64,000 nucleotides of DNA from a virus. Its lineage: Duplodnaviria > Heunggongvirae > Uroviricota > Caudoviricetes. A model generated the notes under the pieces. It was not told the DNA's origin. It saw nothing but the letters and a program-made list of their open reading frames with translations, and ran no database searches. Location: the IMG/VR virus record IMGVR_UViG_3300042922_001018; one strand, 5' to 3'. Below are positions 9,336 to 19,850 of this stretch, in pieces. The number at the start of each line of letters is the position of its first letter. Position 1 is the first letter of the stretch. A program made the translations under genes and the position numbers.

Positions 9336-10778
9336 TCAGTGCTTCGCGTGCCAGCGCCGGTTGAGTTCAGCGAGCGGGTCCATCCAGCCGAGCGGCTGAG
9401 GGCTGTACGAGCCGTATCCGTAGCGGCCACGCACTGACATGGTGGGGGTGTATGCCGCCCAGAAGCCGAACGGTACGAGAAGCAGAAGGCTGAACACGGT
9501 CGCGAGGACGTAGAGGAGGGTCTGCTGCCCATCATCCGGCTCCCAGCCCGCTCCCAGGTATTCGAAGCCCGAGCCGATGTCATCTTCATCCACGGCGTCC
9601 ATACTGATACGCGCGAACTTGTTCGGACCGAACAAGGCATCCTCCAGGAGGCCGTCCGTTTTCGTGACACGTTCGGAGCCGGGCAGGAGCACCGGATGTC
9701 CGAGGAAGTTCTCGTCGATGACCTCACCTGTCAGCGTGCTCTCGATGGCGGTGGCGAGACGCTCGTTGCCGACGGGCATGCCAGTGAAAGCTCGGGTCCA
9801 CTCAGCGGTGGGCTTGCCGTCCTCTGTCCCCACACCGACGATGACGACGACTGCGTTCTTGGGAAGAGCGAACTTGCCCATCTCCGCACTCTGCCAGTAC
9901 GCCATCAGGGTGAGGCCGTAACGCTCTGCTTCGCTGGAGGGGACATCGTTCTCGTCGAGGAACACGACTCGCAGGTCTCCCTGGAGTTCGCTGCCGAGCG
10001 CGGCGCTCAGGTACATGGCGTCCTGTGAAAGCTGCTTGCGCTGCTCGTCATCCAGCTTCGGGCCTCCGAGGAACTGCGACTTCTCCATCTGGTAGATGTT
10101 GTGGAGGTCTTTGCTGATGGGCATGAGAAGGCCTTCAGCCTTGTACTCGTCGATGTCGGCTGAGTAGTGCTTCAGGATGGACGACTCGGATGCGAGGAGG
10201 TAGTTCTTGTACGAGTTCTGCTTGAACACGCCGCCCGGCTCACCCGCGTCGATACGGGCCTTGGCAGCGCTCCAGACGGCCGGAGGCTCGGTGACCTGCC
10301 CGCCGGGGATGGAGCGGTCGCCGCGGTACTGAGGGCCGGTCATGAAGGTTCCGACGTGGTAGTCCCCGAGGGTCGTACTGATGGTGTACGAGGTCTCCTC
10401 GGTGGAGTACGGGCAGTCGTGGTACCGAGTCTCGCTTCGGACACGGGTCTGCGTCTTGCCGTCACCGTCGGTGTAGGTCTCGACCCACGTGTACGTGTAC
10501 GGGTCGCAGTGGTATTCGTTCTGGCACGAGCCGTCGCGTTCGCAGGGCTGAGTGGAGAGCGAAGTTGCGGCTTCGTAGCCGCCCCAGAACTCCTGGAACG
10601 TCTGCTCATCGTTCTTCATGATGGTCGTCCCGATACCCCACGTTGCGGGGCCGACGATGGACGCCACGAGCAGTCCCGAAAGAATCGAGACTGTGAAGTT
10701 GACGAGGATGCCGCGGTGGTGGAGGAACCAGCCGACCGCGCCAGCGACAGCACCGAAGATGAGAGCGAACCAGAGCAT
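9336..10778 (-). CDS. Membrane protein with Cys-rich extracytoplasmic domain
   Basis: Two N-terminal and one C-terminal TM; TTGACA-18-TAGGAT-6-ATG. Confidence 0.8.
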   Translation of the reverse strand: MLWFALIFGAVAGAVGWFLHHRGILVNFTVSILSGLLVASIVGPATWGIGTTIMKNDEQTFQEFWGGYEAATSLSTQPCERDGSCQNEYHCDPYTYTWVETYTDGDGKTQTRVRSETRYHDCPYSTEETSYTISTTLGDYHVGTFMTGPQYRGDRSIPGGQVTEPPAVWSAAKARIDAGEPGGVFKQNSYKNYLLASESSILKHYSADIDEYKAEGLLMPISKDLHNIYQMEKSQFLGGPKLDDEQRKQLSQDAMYLSAALGSELQGDLRVVFLDENDVPSSEAERYGLTLMAYWQSAEMGKFALPKNAVVVIVGVGTEDGKPTAEWTRAFTGMPVGNERLATAIESTLTGEVIDENFLGHPVLLPGSERVTKTDGLLEDALFGPNKFARISMDAVDEDDIGSGFEYLGAGWEPDDGQQTLLYVLATVFSLLLLVPFGFWAAYTPTMSVRGRYGYGSYSPQPLGWMDPLAELNRRWHAKH

Positions 10779-10923
10779 GCCCTCATCCTAGGGCTTAGCG
10801 ACGGCCTCTGTCAAGTCGAGGATGGGAAACGGCCACGGTCGAACTCAGCGACCTGCAAGGCGTATCGTTTCTTCATGAGCAGAGCGAAGAGCAGACCGCT
10901 CACGGCCAGGCCTCCGAGGAGGT

Positions 10924-11640
10924 TCAGGAAGCCCAACGGGTTCCGCCTGTGTACCCGTGCTTGTTCTTCTCGGCACCCCACACGTAGTCCGCGTAGCGCT
11001 CCTCGCCTACCAGAACCGTGAGGACCGTCTTAGACTCGTGTGCGAACGCGAGTGCGGCTTCCGCTTCGGCGTACGGGTGGGGACCAGGCTCCGGCGAGTA
11101 GCCGTACTCGCGTGCGAAGTCTTCCACGTCGTCCATCGAGAACTCTTCGGCGACCTGAGCGGTCTCGGCGAGCGCGCCCATGGAGTCGCCGACAGAAGGC
11201 GTCTCAGTGACTCCGAGGCCGGTGCCGTAGTCGATTTCCGCCTGGCGGAGGAAAGGACCGTCCTTCACAGAGAGGCGGCACTTGTAGTCGTAGGACGGAG
11301 TGCCGTCATCGAACAGCGTCGCGCCTTCGACACGTTCAGCGACACCGCGAATCTTGTCCTGCTGGGAGAGGAAGTTCGCACGCTCGAACACGTCATCGAA
11401 CCCGGTCTCGTCCGCGTTGCTGGAAACACGGACGGTTCCGTTCGGAAACCTGGATGCGCGCAGTGCCGTCTTGCCGGGGCGCATCGGCCGCTTCTCGCCA
11501 ATCTCCATGACAGGCTTCTGAGCCTCGCGAGAGTGCAGCGCATCGCTGAGCGATACCTCGGGCGCAGTGCCGTTCTTTTCGGAGAACCGTCCGCCCTGGT
11601 CGCGTACTACCTTCGCTTCTTCGAATGCAAGATTGGTCAT
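10924..11640 (-). CDS. Leader-family protein
   Basis: MTNLAFEEAKVVRDQGGRFSEKNGTAPEVSL; CCGCCTACA 7 nt upstream. Confidence 0.8.
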   Translation of the reverse strand: MTNLAFEEAKVVRDQGGRFSEKNGTAPEVSLSDALHSREAQKPVMEIGEKRPMRPGKTALRASRFPNGTVRVSSNADETGFDDVFERANFLSQQDKIRGVAERVEGATLFDDGTPSYDYKCRLSVKDGPFLRQAEIDYGTGLGVTETPSVGDSMGALAETAQVAEEFSMDDVEDFAREYGYSPEPGPHPYAEAEAALAFAHESKTVLTVLVGEERYADYVWGAEKNKHGYTGGTRWAS

Positions 11641-11955
11641 GTGTGCCTGTAGGCGGGTCATGCCGTTGCGGGCATTAGTCGTATGACCGGCGACAGCATG
11701 TTAGCGTCCCGTCGCATTGCACGAGTTCGATGGGATTCGTGAGCGGCCACATTTCGAGACTCTCCTCGGCTGAGGATTTCTTGGGCGCTCGACCGTCTCG
11801 CAGCATCTCTGTGGTGATGTAGTTCAACTCTTCGGGGACAGGACTTTCCGTGAGGTGACTCGCAGAATGCGCAAGCAACGTCTGAGGTTGTACCCAGGTG
11901 GGGCGTCTAGAACTACCAGACACCGTTCAGTCTACGTCTTCCTCTTCGCGGAGCA

Positions 11956-12669
11956 TTACTCGCGTCCTTCCCCGAGGGTTGCGGTGCGTTCGTTGAGGAT
12001 GGCGCGGCGTGCAGCGTGAGCGGCGACCTGCTGGGTGAACGCACGAAGCTGCGGAGAACGCGCTTCGGTCATTCCGTTCTCGTTGAACGTCTTGTCGAGG
12101 CTGGTGAGGACGGACTCGACGTTCTGCGAGAGCGCTGCGGCGTCTGCCTGAGAGAGTTCGACCTCCTCGCCGTCTACCCACCACTCGTCGTTCAGCGGGT
12201 CGGAGGAGTCGGCGATGGCCGGACCACCGAAGCGGGTGAGCTTGCCGTTGCGGTAGTACAGCCCGCTGCCGTCACGGGTGTCGATGATGCGCACGGCGGG
12301 ACCGTTGCGACGGTTCAGCAGCCCCTTCTTGTAGAAGCGCTGCTCGCGTGTCGGCTTGCCGTCTTCGGTCGTGGCGTCGTCTTCGTCCATAGCGTCGTAG
12401 TCGCCTTCCGCTGCAAGCTCCTCGGGGGTCTTCTTGTCGTGGCTTTCGCCCCACGCCTGGACGGCTTCAGGACTCGGCTTCGGACCGCTGGTGGCGCCGC
12501 AGTTCGGGCACTGGCCGATGAAGACTTCGCCGCGTTCCTGCTCCAGTTCTTCGAGAGGCTGGTTCTCGTCGAAACCGAGTTCGGGAACCTCGCCTTCCTT
12601 GTCGGAGAACTTTCCAACGCCATCACGGCGGACCTTGGACTCGTCGAACTGGTTCTGTGAGAAGCTCAT
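11956..12669 (-). CDS. Leader-family protein with CxxC and G-K-L-x-R-x-x-G-P-A repeats
   Basis: FDESKVRRDGVGKFSDKEGEVPELGF; CPNC; YYRNGKLTRFGGPAI. Confidence 0.8.
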   Translation of the reverse strand: MSFSQNQFDESKVRRDGVGKFSDKEGEVPELGFDENQPLEELEQERGEVFIGQCPNCGATSGPKPSPEAVQAWGESHDKKTPEELAAEGDYDAMDEDDATTEDGKPTREQRFYKKGLLNRRNGPAVRIIDTRDGSGLYYRNGKLTRFGGPAIADSSDPLNDEWWVDGEEVELSQADAAALSQNVESVLTSLDKTFNENGMTEARSPQLRAFTQQVAAHAARRAILNERTATLGEGRE

Positions 12670-12711
12670 GATTGTGATTCTACCGTTCCTGTTTGGGCGT
12701 GGTGAGCGTGG

Positions 12712-13509
12712 TTACTTGTCGAGTTCGGCAGAGCGTTCCATCGCCTGCTCGAAGAGGATTCTGCGCTGAAACGGGTCCAGCGGGGTCTCATCGGTGAGAG
12801 CAGCGAACTGCTCCGTGATTTCGCTCCGGTTTCCGCTCTCGCGGAAGGCGTTGCTGTCAGGAAGGCGACTGTATTCTGCGCGCTCACCTTCAGCCCGTAG
12901 TTCACGGCTGCGGCGCGCTGCCATGATGGTCGCAGCCTTCAGGTAGAGCGCTCGCTGGTCAGGTTCGAGCGGCCCTGTCGCCTGCTCACGGATGAGGTTC
13001 TTGTACGTCACGTCAACGTCGCGTAGCTCCGACACGCGTGCGAAACGTTCGCCGGTCTCGTCCATGTAGTCCGCGGCGCCGTAAGTCCCGTACATCATCC
13101 GCGTCTCGAAGTTCGCCGCCTCACGTCGGCGGCGCTCGGCGTAGTTCAGGTGCGGAAGCCCCAGCGCATCATCGGCGCCTTCGACAGCCATCTGGACAAC
13201 CTGCGACTCAGGGTCCATGGGCTTGTGGTTCAAGAAGACGCGGGTGGGGCGTCCTTCACCGTCGATGTCTGCGCTGTACTTCACGGTGCCGTCGTCCTCG
13301 ATGAACTCTACGAAGCTGTCTCGTCCGGCAGCGACCGGCTCGTGGACCGTGTAGTTCGCAACGCCCCACGCCTGGGCGATACCGGCCGCAGCAATGTGTG
13401 CGGGCGTCTGTACTTCTGCGGTGTCGAGTGCGACCTCCGGCTGCGCGCCGGTCTTCTCGGAGAACTTGCCGGAGGTGTCACGGCGCACCTGTGCTTCGTC
13501 GAATGACAT
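12712..13509 (-). CDS. Leader-family protein
   Basis: MSFDEAQVRRDTSGKFSEKTGAQPEVAL. Confidence 0.8.
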   Translation of the reverse strand: MSFDEAQVRRDTSGKFSEKTGAQPEVALDTAEVQTPAHIAAAGIAQAWGVANYTVHEPVAAGRDSFVEFIEDDGTVKYSADIDGEGRPTRVFLNHKPMDPESQVVQMAVEGADDALGLPHLNYAERRRREAANFETRMMYGTYGAADYMDETGERFARVSELRDVDVTYKNLIREQATGPLEPDQRALYLKAATIMAARRSRELRAEGERAEYSRLPDSNAFRESGNRSEITEQFAALTDETPLDPFQRRILFEQAMERSAELDK

Positions 13510-13517
13510 GGCGCGCC

Positions 13518-14033
13518 TCAGTCCTGGGTCTCGAACGGGCGGTACGCGACTGCCCAGCCCTCTTCGTAGGTCTGACCCGTTTCCGGCTCGTCCTCGTCCG
13601 GGTATGAGGCGTAGACGGCTACGTAGTAGCCGGGGCGTTCCAGGATGTCTCCGGCCATGCGTCCGCCGAGCTGCTCGGAATCATGCATCCAGGGGCCGTC
13701 GTAGCCGTGCTGCCCGGTGTACCCGGAGAGCAGCTCCCACCCTTCGATGCTGCGGTGGTACGGGTCTACGTTGAAGCAGTCTGGGGCGTGCTTGTGCTGT
13801 ACGCCGTCGTACACGTCGCCGTTGTCGCCGACTGCGATGACGTGGTCGAACTCCATCAGGTTGGACAGGTTGCCGTCTTCACGAAGGTCTGGACCGTCGT
13901 ACTTCTTCCAGTCTGAGGAAACTGCGGGAAGCTCGACAGGAGTATCACCCAGGTTGACCTCTGGGGGCCAGCCGTTCTTCTCAGCGAACTTTCCGCCGTT
14001 GTCGCGTGCTACTGCCGTCTCGTCGAATGCCAT
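13518..14033 (-). CDS. Leader-family protein
   Basis: MAFDETAVARDNGGKFAEKNGWPPEVNL; motif at 14041. Confidence 0.8.
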   Translation of the reverse strand: MAFDETAVARDNGGKFAEKNGWPPEVNLGDTPVELPAVSSDWKKYDGPDLREDGNLSNLMEFDHVIAVGDNGDVYDGVQHKHAPDCFNVDPYHRSIEGWELLSGYTGQHGYDGPWMHDSEQLGGRMAGDILERPGYYVAVYASYPDEDEPETGQTYEEGWAVAYRPFETQD

Positions 14034-14472
14034 GCTCATCTGTAGGCGGCTCCTGCTCCTTCTTCGCAGCTACTTCTGCCCGCATCCATCGCGGGACCAA
14101 CCGCAGCGGCGGAAGCTTCTCAGAGACAAGCCAGATGGCGAAAGCGAGCGGGATGAGCGCGAGTAGGAGAGCGCCGAGTACGTAGAAGAGATGGGTGTTG
14201 CCTGTCATCTCGTCCGGACCTTCCGGCCAGAGCGCTTTGTGCAGCGCGCTCGCGAGGATGAGGATGTAGAACGGTGTGATGAGGTAGATGGTCCCCAGTG
14301 GGATACCGGGGAGGCGCAGCAGTCGCTTTGGCCGAAGGACACCGAACCAGATGAGTCCAGCGAGGATTTGCAGCGCAACAACGCCCCATGTGAGCCACGG
14401 TGGCATGGCGGAGATGACTTCAGCGAGCGCTTCGAGGAAGCGCTGAGCGCGCTCGGTACGTTCCACGCTCAA
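13981..14472 (-). CDS. Membrane protein
   Basis: Three TM segments. Confidence 0.65.
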   Translation of the reverse strand: MSVERTERAQRFLEALAEVISAMPPWLTWGVVALQILAGLIWFGVLRPKRLLRLPGIPLGTIYLITPFYILILASALHKALWPEGPDEMTGNTHLFYVLGALLLALIPLAFAIWLVSEKLPPLRLVPRWMRAEVAAKKEQEPPTDEHGIRRDGSSTRQRRKVR

Positions 14473-14987
14473 TCCTCTTCGTCGGTGACCACCCAGACAT
14501 CACGGAGATAGTCGTCCTGTTCCCCGTTGCGCTCGTAGACACCTTCCATCGCTTCAGGTACCTTCAACGCGCGGCAGTGGGCATCGAAGACGGTCACTTC
14601 GTCGATGGTGGGCGGCAGCACAGAAGTGGTGCCTTCCGCATCCGTGCGCTCGACTCCGTAGAGGTCTGCGGAGTACCCGTCGGAGCCGTTGCCTGCGACG
14701 ACATGCAGTCGGGAGATGCTGGAGTCGAGTGTGCGGAACACACTGAGAATCTGGTTGCCTTCGTGGCGGACCCGTAGCGCTTCGAGCTTGTAGTACAGGA
14801 TGTCGAGGCGAGCTTCTTCGCCACGGGACAGCTCCCGGCCGACTGCGAGGTCCACGAAGGACTCGAACTCGGCAATCTCCTTGGGGATGCCGCGCTTGCT
14901 TCGGAGAGCGATTTCTGGCGCGGTGCCCTCCTTCTCGGAGAACCGGCCGTCTGCTTCGCGAGGCTGCTCAGGGGTCGGGGTGCTCAT
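14469..14987 (-). CDS. Leader-family protein (variant leader)
   Basis: MSTPTPEQPREADGRFSEKEGTAPEIAL; TAGGAT-7-ATG. Confidence 0.75.
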   Translation of the reverse strand: MSTPTPEQPREADGRFSEKEGTAPEIALRSKRGIPKEIAEFESFVDLAVGRELSRGEEARLDILYYKLEALRVRHEGNQILSVFRTLDSSISRLHVVAGNGSDGYSADLYGVERTDAEGTTSVLPPTIDEVTVFDAHCRALKVPEAMEGVYERNGEQDDYLRDVWVVTDEED

Positions 14988-15029
14988 GGGTGTCATCCTA
15001 TCGAACACGGTCGTGCGAACCGGGCGAGG

Positions 15030-16055
15030 TCAGCGGACAGAGCGGGCGGAGCGCATGACATCGAGGACTTCCGCGATGTCATCTGCGGGCACATCACGGT
15101 ACAGCCAGTTGCGGCCGTACTTGTAGTCGGTCTGCGGGTCGTTCGGGGTTTCATCGAGGCGTTCGGCGGTCGTCAGCTTGCGGCCGAGTTCTTCTTCGCG
15201 CTTCGCAATCCATGCGTCCTGGAACGGGGTACCGGCGTTCAGGCCGTTGAGGTGGTTCTTGTCCCACAGCTCGGCGACGCGGGTGGGGTCAACATCGACG
15301 GAGGCGGAACCCTTCTTGAACGGCTCTGCACCGTAGAAGTAGTCGCCGACCTGGCCGCTGCCTTCCCAGGCACCGCTCTTGCTGCGGATGTCGCCGGTCA
15401 TGCTGAAGTCGTAGCGCTTGTTCACGGTGACACCGTTGATGTCGTTCGCGAGCTTGGAGACGCGTTCGAGGGAGACGGCCGCGTACAGACGCTCGCCGTT
15501 CGGTCCGGTGGCGAGGCGCATCAGGTCCGGGGTGCTGTACGACCAGTCTCCGGAGTCCTTGTCGCCGTTCATGAGCGGTCGGGGCACGAGAACGCCGTCG
15601 CGGATTGCGCGCTCTGCTTCGATTTCGATGTGGCGGTCGTTGCGCTCACGCTCGTCCTTGAATGCGCCCATACCGAGCGCTGCCTGCGCGGCGTCCTCGG
15701 CTGCGCGGAATGCCTCGCTGTCGTAGCGGACGGCTTCGCCTGCAACGTAGACGCGTGCGGGGACACCAGTTGCGTCGGGAGTGAACTTGTAGTGGATGGC
15801 GCCGTTCTCTTCCATGAGACCGATGCTGTAGCCGTCCGACTCCATGACCTTCGCGATGCCGAGAGTGCTGTTCGGGGCGAACGCCTTCGCGACCGCCTGG
15901 GCGGCGGTGATTTCGTCGTCGGTGAGGTCAGCGGTCAGTGCATCGTAACGGTCTGCAAGCGCGTCCGTGTCGAGGGACAGCTCGGGTGCGGAGCCGAGCT
16001 TCTCGGCGAACTTGCCGTCGTTCTCGCGGGGGTGGTCAGTCTCAGAGAAAGTCAT
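15030..16055 (-). CDS. Leader-family protein
   Basis: MTFSETDHPRENDGKFAEKLGSAPELSL; motif at 16063. Confidence 0.8.
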   Translation of the reverse strand: MTFSETDHPRENDGKFAEKLGSAPELSLDTDALADRYDALTADLTDDEITAAQAVAKAFAPNSTLGIAKVMESDGYSIGLMEENGAIHYKFTPDATGVPARVYVAGEAVRYDSEAFRAAEDAAQAALGMGAFKDERERNDRHIEIEAERAIRDGVLVPRPLMNGDKDSGDWSYSTPDLMRLATGPNGERLYAAVSLERVSKLANDINGVTVNKRYDFSMTGDIRSKSGAWEGSGQVGDYFYGAEPFKKGSASVDVDPTRVAELWDKNHLNGLNAGTPFQDAWIAKREEELGRKLTTAERLDETPNDPQTDYKYGRNWLYRDVPADDIAEVLDVMRSARSVR

Positions 16056-16133
16056 GCCTCGTTGTAGGCGGCGTGCGGCTGTTGTCCAGCTCCGGGGAAA
16101 TCGGGCGAGGAACGCGCACTTGGTATGGGCCAG

Positions 16134-16243
16134 GTGAAAACGCACCCGGCGTGGGGCAGATGGAGGGGAGAGGTGGAAAACGGGCATATCTCCGCCATGG
16201 GGCTTAGGGGCAATCCGTCCGTGAAAACGGGTGTGGCGTGGGG
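16134..16243. repeat. Bipartite direct repeat GTGAAAACG-N5-GGCGTGGGG (2 copies plus a partial)
   Basis: 16134-16156 and 16221-16243; partial GGAAAACGGG near 16175. Confidence 0.7.
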
Positions 16244-16434
16244 TGGCCGAGCGAGTTATTCCACTAAGCGGATTCTCTGCCCCCTGGATACCGATGAGAG
16301 GAAGATGAATGATGAGTTACGAAACAAGCCAGCTATTGTGCGAGGTACTGGTGGTATTGCTGACCTTGGTATGGCAAGACAGAAGGCCACCACGGTACTA
16401 GACACGCGGCCGGTGACCGTGTACGCTGTTCAGC

Positions 16435-16989
16435 ATGACACACGACTTCGATACTCGTGACGAGTACATGGCAAGTCGTGCAGGGCGGTACGAGCATCGG
16501 GCTGTCCGCTACCGTGCCGCAGCGGACTTCTTCACCAGCCTTCAGCTCGATGACACGAGCACCGTCTATGACCTTGGCGCCGGGTGGACCGAGTTCGACT
16601 ACACGCTGCGCGCCGAGTACGGGTGGCGCGGTCGCTACATCCCGGTGGATGCGGGCATCGCCGAAGTGGACTTGAACCATTGGGTGCCGGAGCGGCCGGT
16701 CGAGTTCACCGCGGCGCTCGAAATCATCGAGCACCTGTACGACCCGATGCGTCTGGTCCGCGCGATGCAGAAGGTCACGACCCGTGGTATTGCGGTCAGC
16801 GTGCCGAACCCGCGGACGGTGGATGTGCTGGCCATCGACGAGACCCATGTCGCCATCATCACGCCGGAGATGCTGGAAGCTGAAGGATTCCAGGTCGAGG
16901 AGCGGACGTTCTACGGCGGGGTCTACTCGAACGGTGAACCCGACGCGCTGTTCGCTACTTGGACGGCTCAGCCGCCCGCGCGAATGTAA
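16435..16989 (+). CDS. Class I SAM-dependent methyltransferase-like
   Basis: VYDLGAG motif I; LEIIEHLYDP; VSVPN. Confidence 0.75.
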   Translation: MTHDFDTRDEYMASRAGRYEHRAVRYRAAADFFTSLQLDDTSTVYDLGAGWTEFDYTLRAEYGWRGRYIPVDAGIAEVDLNHWVPERPVEFTAALEIIEHLYDPMRLVRAMQKVTTRGIAVSVPNPRTVDVLAIDETHVAIITPEMLEAEGFQVEERTFYGGVYSNGEPDALFATWTAQPPARM

Positions 16990-17786
16990 CCACGGCTGAG
17001 GTCGAGAGCGCGTTCGTTCGCGAAAAGGTTCCCGACGATGGGGTCGCGCTTGATGCCCTCGCGGGCGAGGGCGACCCGCTCTGCAAGGGTGTACTCAGTC
17101 CCCGTGTTCTGGACTACCGCCTTCGCGATAGCGAGGTCTGTCGAGCTGAGCCGGTCGCTCTCATCCAGGACATCGTCTGGGACAAGCGTCTCGACGTTCT
17201 TCATGCGAACACGGTTCGCAACCTCAGAAATCCAGGCCGAGCTGAAGTCTCGGAGAGCCTCTTCGATGGTGTACTCGTAGAGATAGTCGGGGAGTTCCAT
17301 CGTCACGCTGTACGTGATTGAGGACGCGTCCACGTACTCAATGCGGTAGCGTTTCTGCTCGTCGGCGGAGAGCGCCCAGTTGAAGAGGTTCGTGAGCGCT
17401 CGCGTGTAGGAGCCTTCGGCCGGGATGGGAAGCGGGTCCGAGTACGGGACTGTCTGTGTCGCGATAGCCTGGTTCTTCCCACCGACTCGACGGACGATGA
17501 CGCTCTCCCATTCCCAGTCGGCGACCTGAGCGGTGTACTCCGTGTCATCCTTCAACACGTATACGGGCATGACGCTCTCGTCTGCGCGCATACCACTGCG
17601 GCGATGACGTGCGACGTACGCGCTCATGTCTTCAGAGCTAGTGGTCTCGGGAAGTGAGAACAGCCGGATGGCGCCTTCAAGCGAGACGACGCGCGGGCCG
17701 TCTACGGTGTCCAGGTGGTAAAGGGTCTTCGATTCGAGTGGCTGAGTTTCCAGCGCCTCGCGCTGTGCCTGCTCGGACTCGGTCAT
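16968..17786 (-). CDS. Hypothetical protein
   Basis: 272 aa ORF in operon. Confidence 0.7.
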   Translation of the reverse strand: MTESEQAQREALETQPLESKTLYHLDTVDGPRVVSLEGAIRLFSLPETTSSEDMSAYVARHRRSGMRADESVMPVYVLKDDTEYTAQVADWEWESVIVRRVGGKNQAIATQTVPYSDPLPIPAEGSYTRALTNLFNWALSADEQKRYRIEYVDASSITYSVTMELPDYLYEYTIEEALRDFSSAWISEVANRVRMKNVETLVPDDVLDESDRLSSTDLAIAKAVVQNTGTEYTLAERVALAREGIKRDPIVGNLFANERALDLSRGYIRAGG

Positions 17787-17791
17787 GCGAA

Positions 17792-18136
17792 CTAGCTTAC
17801 CGGAGAAGGAGCGGGAACCTGATTGCTTGCCGCTCCGGGATGACGCCAGATTGTCCGTGCGATTCGCGTCGTATCGTCACTCACCGCGACCCATGTGCGT
17901 CCTGCGAAATCGGTGAACTCTTCGCCACGGCTACTGTCAAGCCAGCGGATTTCTTCAGGCTCGTATGTGTCCACTACGCCATACAGGAATCTGCCTAGGT
18001 CGAAGCCTGGACCCTTCGGGACTTCCAGGAGAAGACCATGCCCGCTCAGGATGACCTGGCCACGGGCACCGCGCGGGACGGGTCTGTCCAGGTCGCGCGG
18101 GTGGACGAGTCGAAAGCGTAGGACAGCGTCAGTCAT
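17792..18136 (-). CDS. Hypothetical protein
   Basis: ORF in operon. Confidence 0.6.
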   Translation of the reverse strand: MTDAVLRFRLVHPRDLDRPVPRGARGQVILSGHGLLLEVPKGPGFDLGRFLYGVVDTYEPEEIRWLDSSRGEEFTDFAGRTWVAVSDDTTRIARTIWRHPGAASNQVPAPSPVS

Positions 18137-18518
18137 GTGGATAGCTTACCGAGTCCGGACCTGGAGGATGCTCAGACCCGGACACCAGAACGAGCAGCGC
18201 GAGTTGCCCGATGAGAGGAACGGTGGCTAGCAGCGTTAGCCATGGGGAACGCCCGGCACCTCGGAGCCGTCGTGCGGTCAAGGAGATGAGAGGGAGCTGG
18301 AGCAGTACGATGACGACGAAGGCGAGTTCGAACGGCGCCATGCTGAGAAGGAAGAAGCCCACTCGGTCCTCGTAGAAAGAAGCGAGAACGAAGACGGCTA
18401 TGGCGATGGGCACGCTGAGGAGCGTGATGCTGATGAGGTACGTGTAGAACTCGGCACGGCTCGTAACGCCTCTGAACTCGAAGAGGTTCAGCCAGGGCGT
18501 AAAGAAGTGCCGGAGCAT
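18129..18518 (-). CDS. DUF805-like membrane protein
   Basis: FEFRGVTSRAEFY...SLTARRLRGAGRSPW. Confidence 0.8.
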   Translation of the reverse strand: MLRHFFTPWLNLFEFRGVTSRAEFYTYLISITLLSVPIAIAVFVLASFYEDRVGFFLLSMAPFELAFVVIVLLQLPLISLTARRLRGAGRSPWLTLLATVPLIGQLALLVLVSGSEHPPGPDSVSYPHD

Positions 18519-18600
18519 CGAGAGCGCCTTTCTCGTCGCGTCCTAGGGTACCAGAAACCCTAGTCCGGATTGCGAATGAACGCACGGTAAACTCTGGTAC

Positions 18601-19398
18601 GTGAGTGAACTGGAACCAGACGCCCCGTCACCCCTCTCTGAAATGGTGACGCTCCGTAAGAGCGACTGGGACGAATACAAAGAGTACGTTGCGGGCCTTG
18701 AACTGGAGGTCCAGAACAGCCGTATGCGTATCCAGGCGTACGAGACGACGGAGCGCGAGGAACAGGAGAGGAAGAAACTCGCTCCGGCCTGGGTGAAGGC
18801 AGCTCCAGCCCGGAAGCGGAAGTGGAAGTTCCCTTGGGAGGTCATGGGTATCCTGGCCGTCAACATTCTGCTCTTCGTAGCGAACGTCTACATGCTGTCG
18901 CAGACGGTGCCTCTCGTTCCTCACGGTCTCGTCATCGTGGGCGTGCTCGTATTCGGCCTCATTGCTCTCATCGTCATCACGCGGGGAACGTTCACGAAGT
19001 CGGTGATTCCGGGGACCGTCATGACGCTTCTCCTCATCGTGGCCACGGTCGTCACTCAGGGCTTGTACGACGGGAAGATTTCTGCCGACCCAGACGAGTA
19101 CGTTGTTCAGGTGACTACCCCGAAGGGCGGTCTTCCTCCGTACACGTTGACGATTCTGGATGAGACGGGGACTGAGAAGCAGCGCGTGGAGCATACAGGT
19201 ATCGAAGCGTACTACCGGGTGCTACCGAGTGAGGTGGAGCCGCAGGACACTATCGTGATTCAGACGAGCGCACCTGACTCGACATGCTCCGTCCAGCTTG
19301 ATGGGAAGAAGCTGCTCGAAGCCGCGTACACGGCTCCTGGACCGCTGGAATGCCGCTACACGGTCCTGGAAGCGGCTCCTGCTACTCCGACGCCGTAA
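18601..19398 (+). CDS. Membrane protein
   Basis: Coiled coil, 3 TM, beta-rich C-terminus. Confidence 0.7.
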   Translation: MSELEPDAPSPLSEMVTLRKSDWDEYKEYVAGLELEVQNSRMRIQAYETTEREEQERKKLAPAWVKAAPARKRKWKFPWEVMGILAVNILLFVANVYMLSQTVPLVPHGLVIVGVLVFGLIALIVITRGTFTKSVIPGTVMTLLLIVATVVTQGLYDGKISADPDEYVVQVTTPKGGLPPYTLTILDETGTEKQRVEHTGIEAYYRVLPSEVEPQDTIVIQTSAPDSTCSVQLDGKKLLEAAYTAPGPLECRYTVLEAAPATPTP

Positions 19399-19848
19399 TC
19401 AGCGCGTGCACGCCTCCACGAGGCGCACAGCGACCTCCTGAGCATCTTCATCGGTGTAGGCACCCTGCCCCTGGCCGCGGATAGCGTCCTCGTAGTCGAG
19501 AACCGGCGCGAGGAGACCGTCGCCGTCAGCCCAGTTGGTCTTCAGTTCCTCCGCAGTGTGGATACCGACGATGTCCATGTAGCGCTCTTCGCCAGGGAGC
19601 TTCACGACCATGTGATTCCACCCGGTAGGGTCATCTTCGGTAGTGACTGCTGTCAGCTCGCCGACACCGAGTTGTTCGAGAGCACGCGCCAGTCGATAGC
19701 ATTCACCGGCCGTGTATGTGTCCATCTCGTACTCATCGAAGGGCCACTCATCCGGCTCCTCGAAATGCGCGAGCGCAAGGTCGGGGGCGCTGCCGAGCTT
19801 CTCCGCGAACCTACCGTTCATGGCGCGCGGCTGCGTGCCGTCGAACAT
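19399..19848 (-). CDS. Leader-family protein with putative Cys-His-Asp domain
   Basis: QPRAMNGRFAEKLGSAPDLAL; YTAGEC...WNH...MDIVG. Confidence 0.75.
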   Translation of the reverse strand: MFDGTQPRAMNGRFAEKLGSAPDLALAHFEEPDEWPFDEYEMDTYTAGECYRLARALEQLGVGELTAVTTEDDPTGWNHMVVKLPGEERYMDIVGIHTAEELKTNWADGDGLLAPVLDYEDAIRGQGQGAYTDEDAQEVAVRLVEACTR

Positions 19849-19850
19849 GC

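Noticed and set aside
16300-16330. TGATGAGTTACGAAAC resembling a hammerhead ribozyme core
   Set aside because: Lacks the C of CUGAUGA, and I could not build stems I and III.
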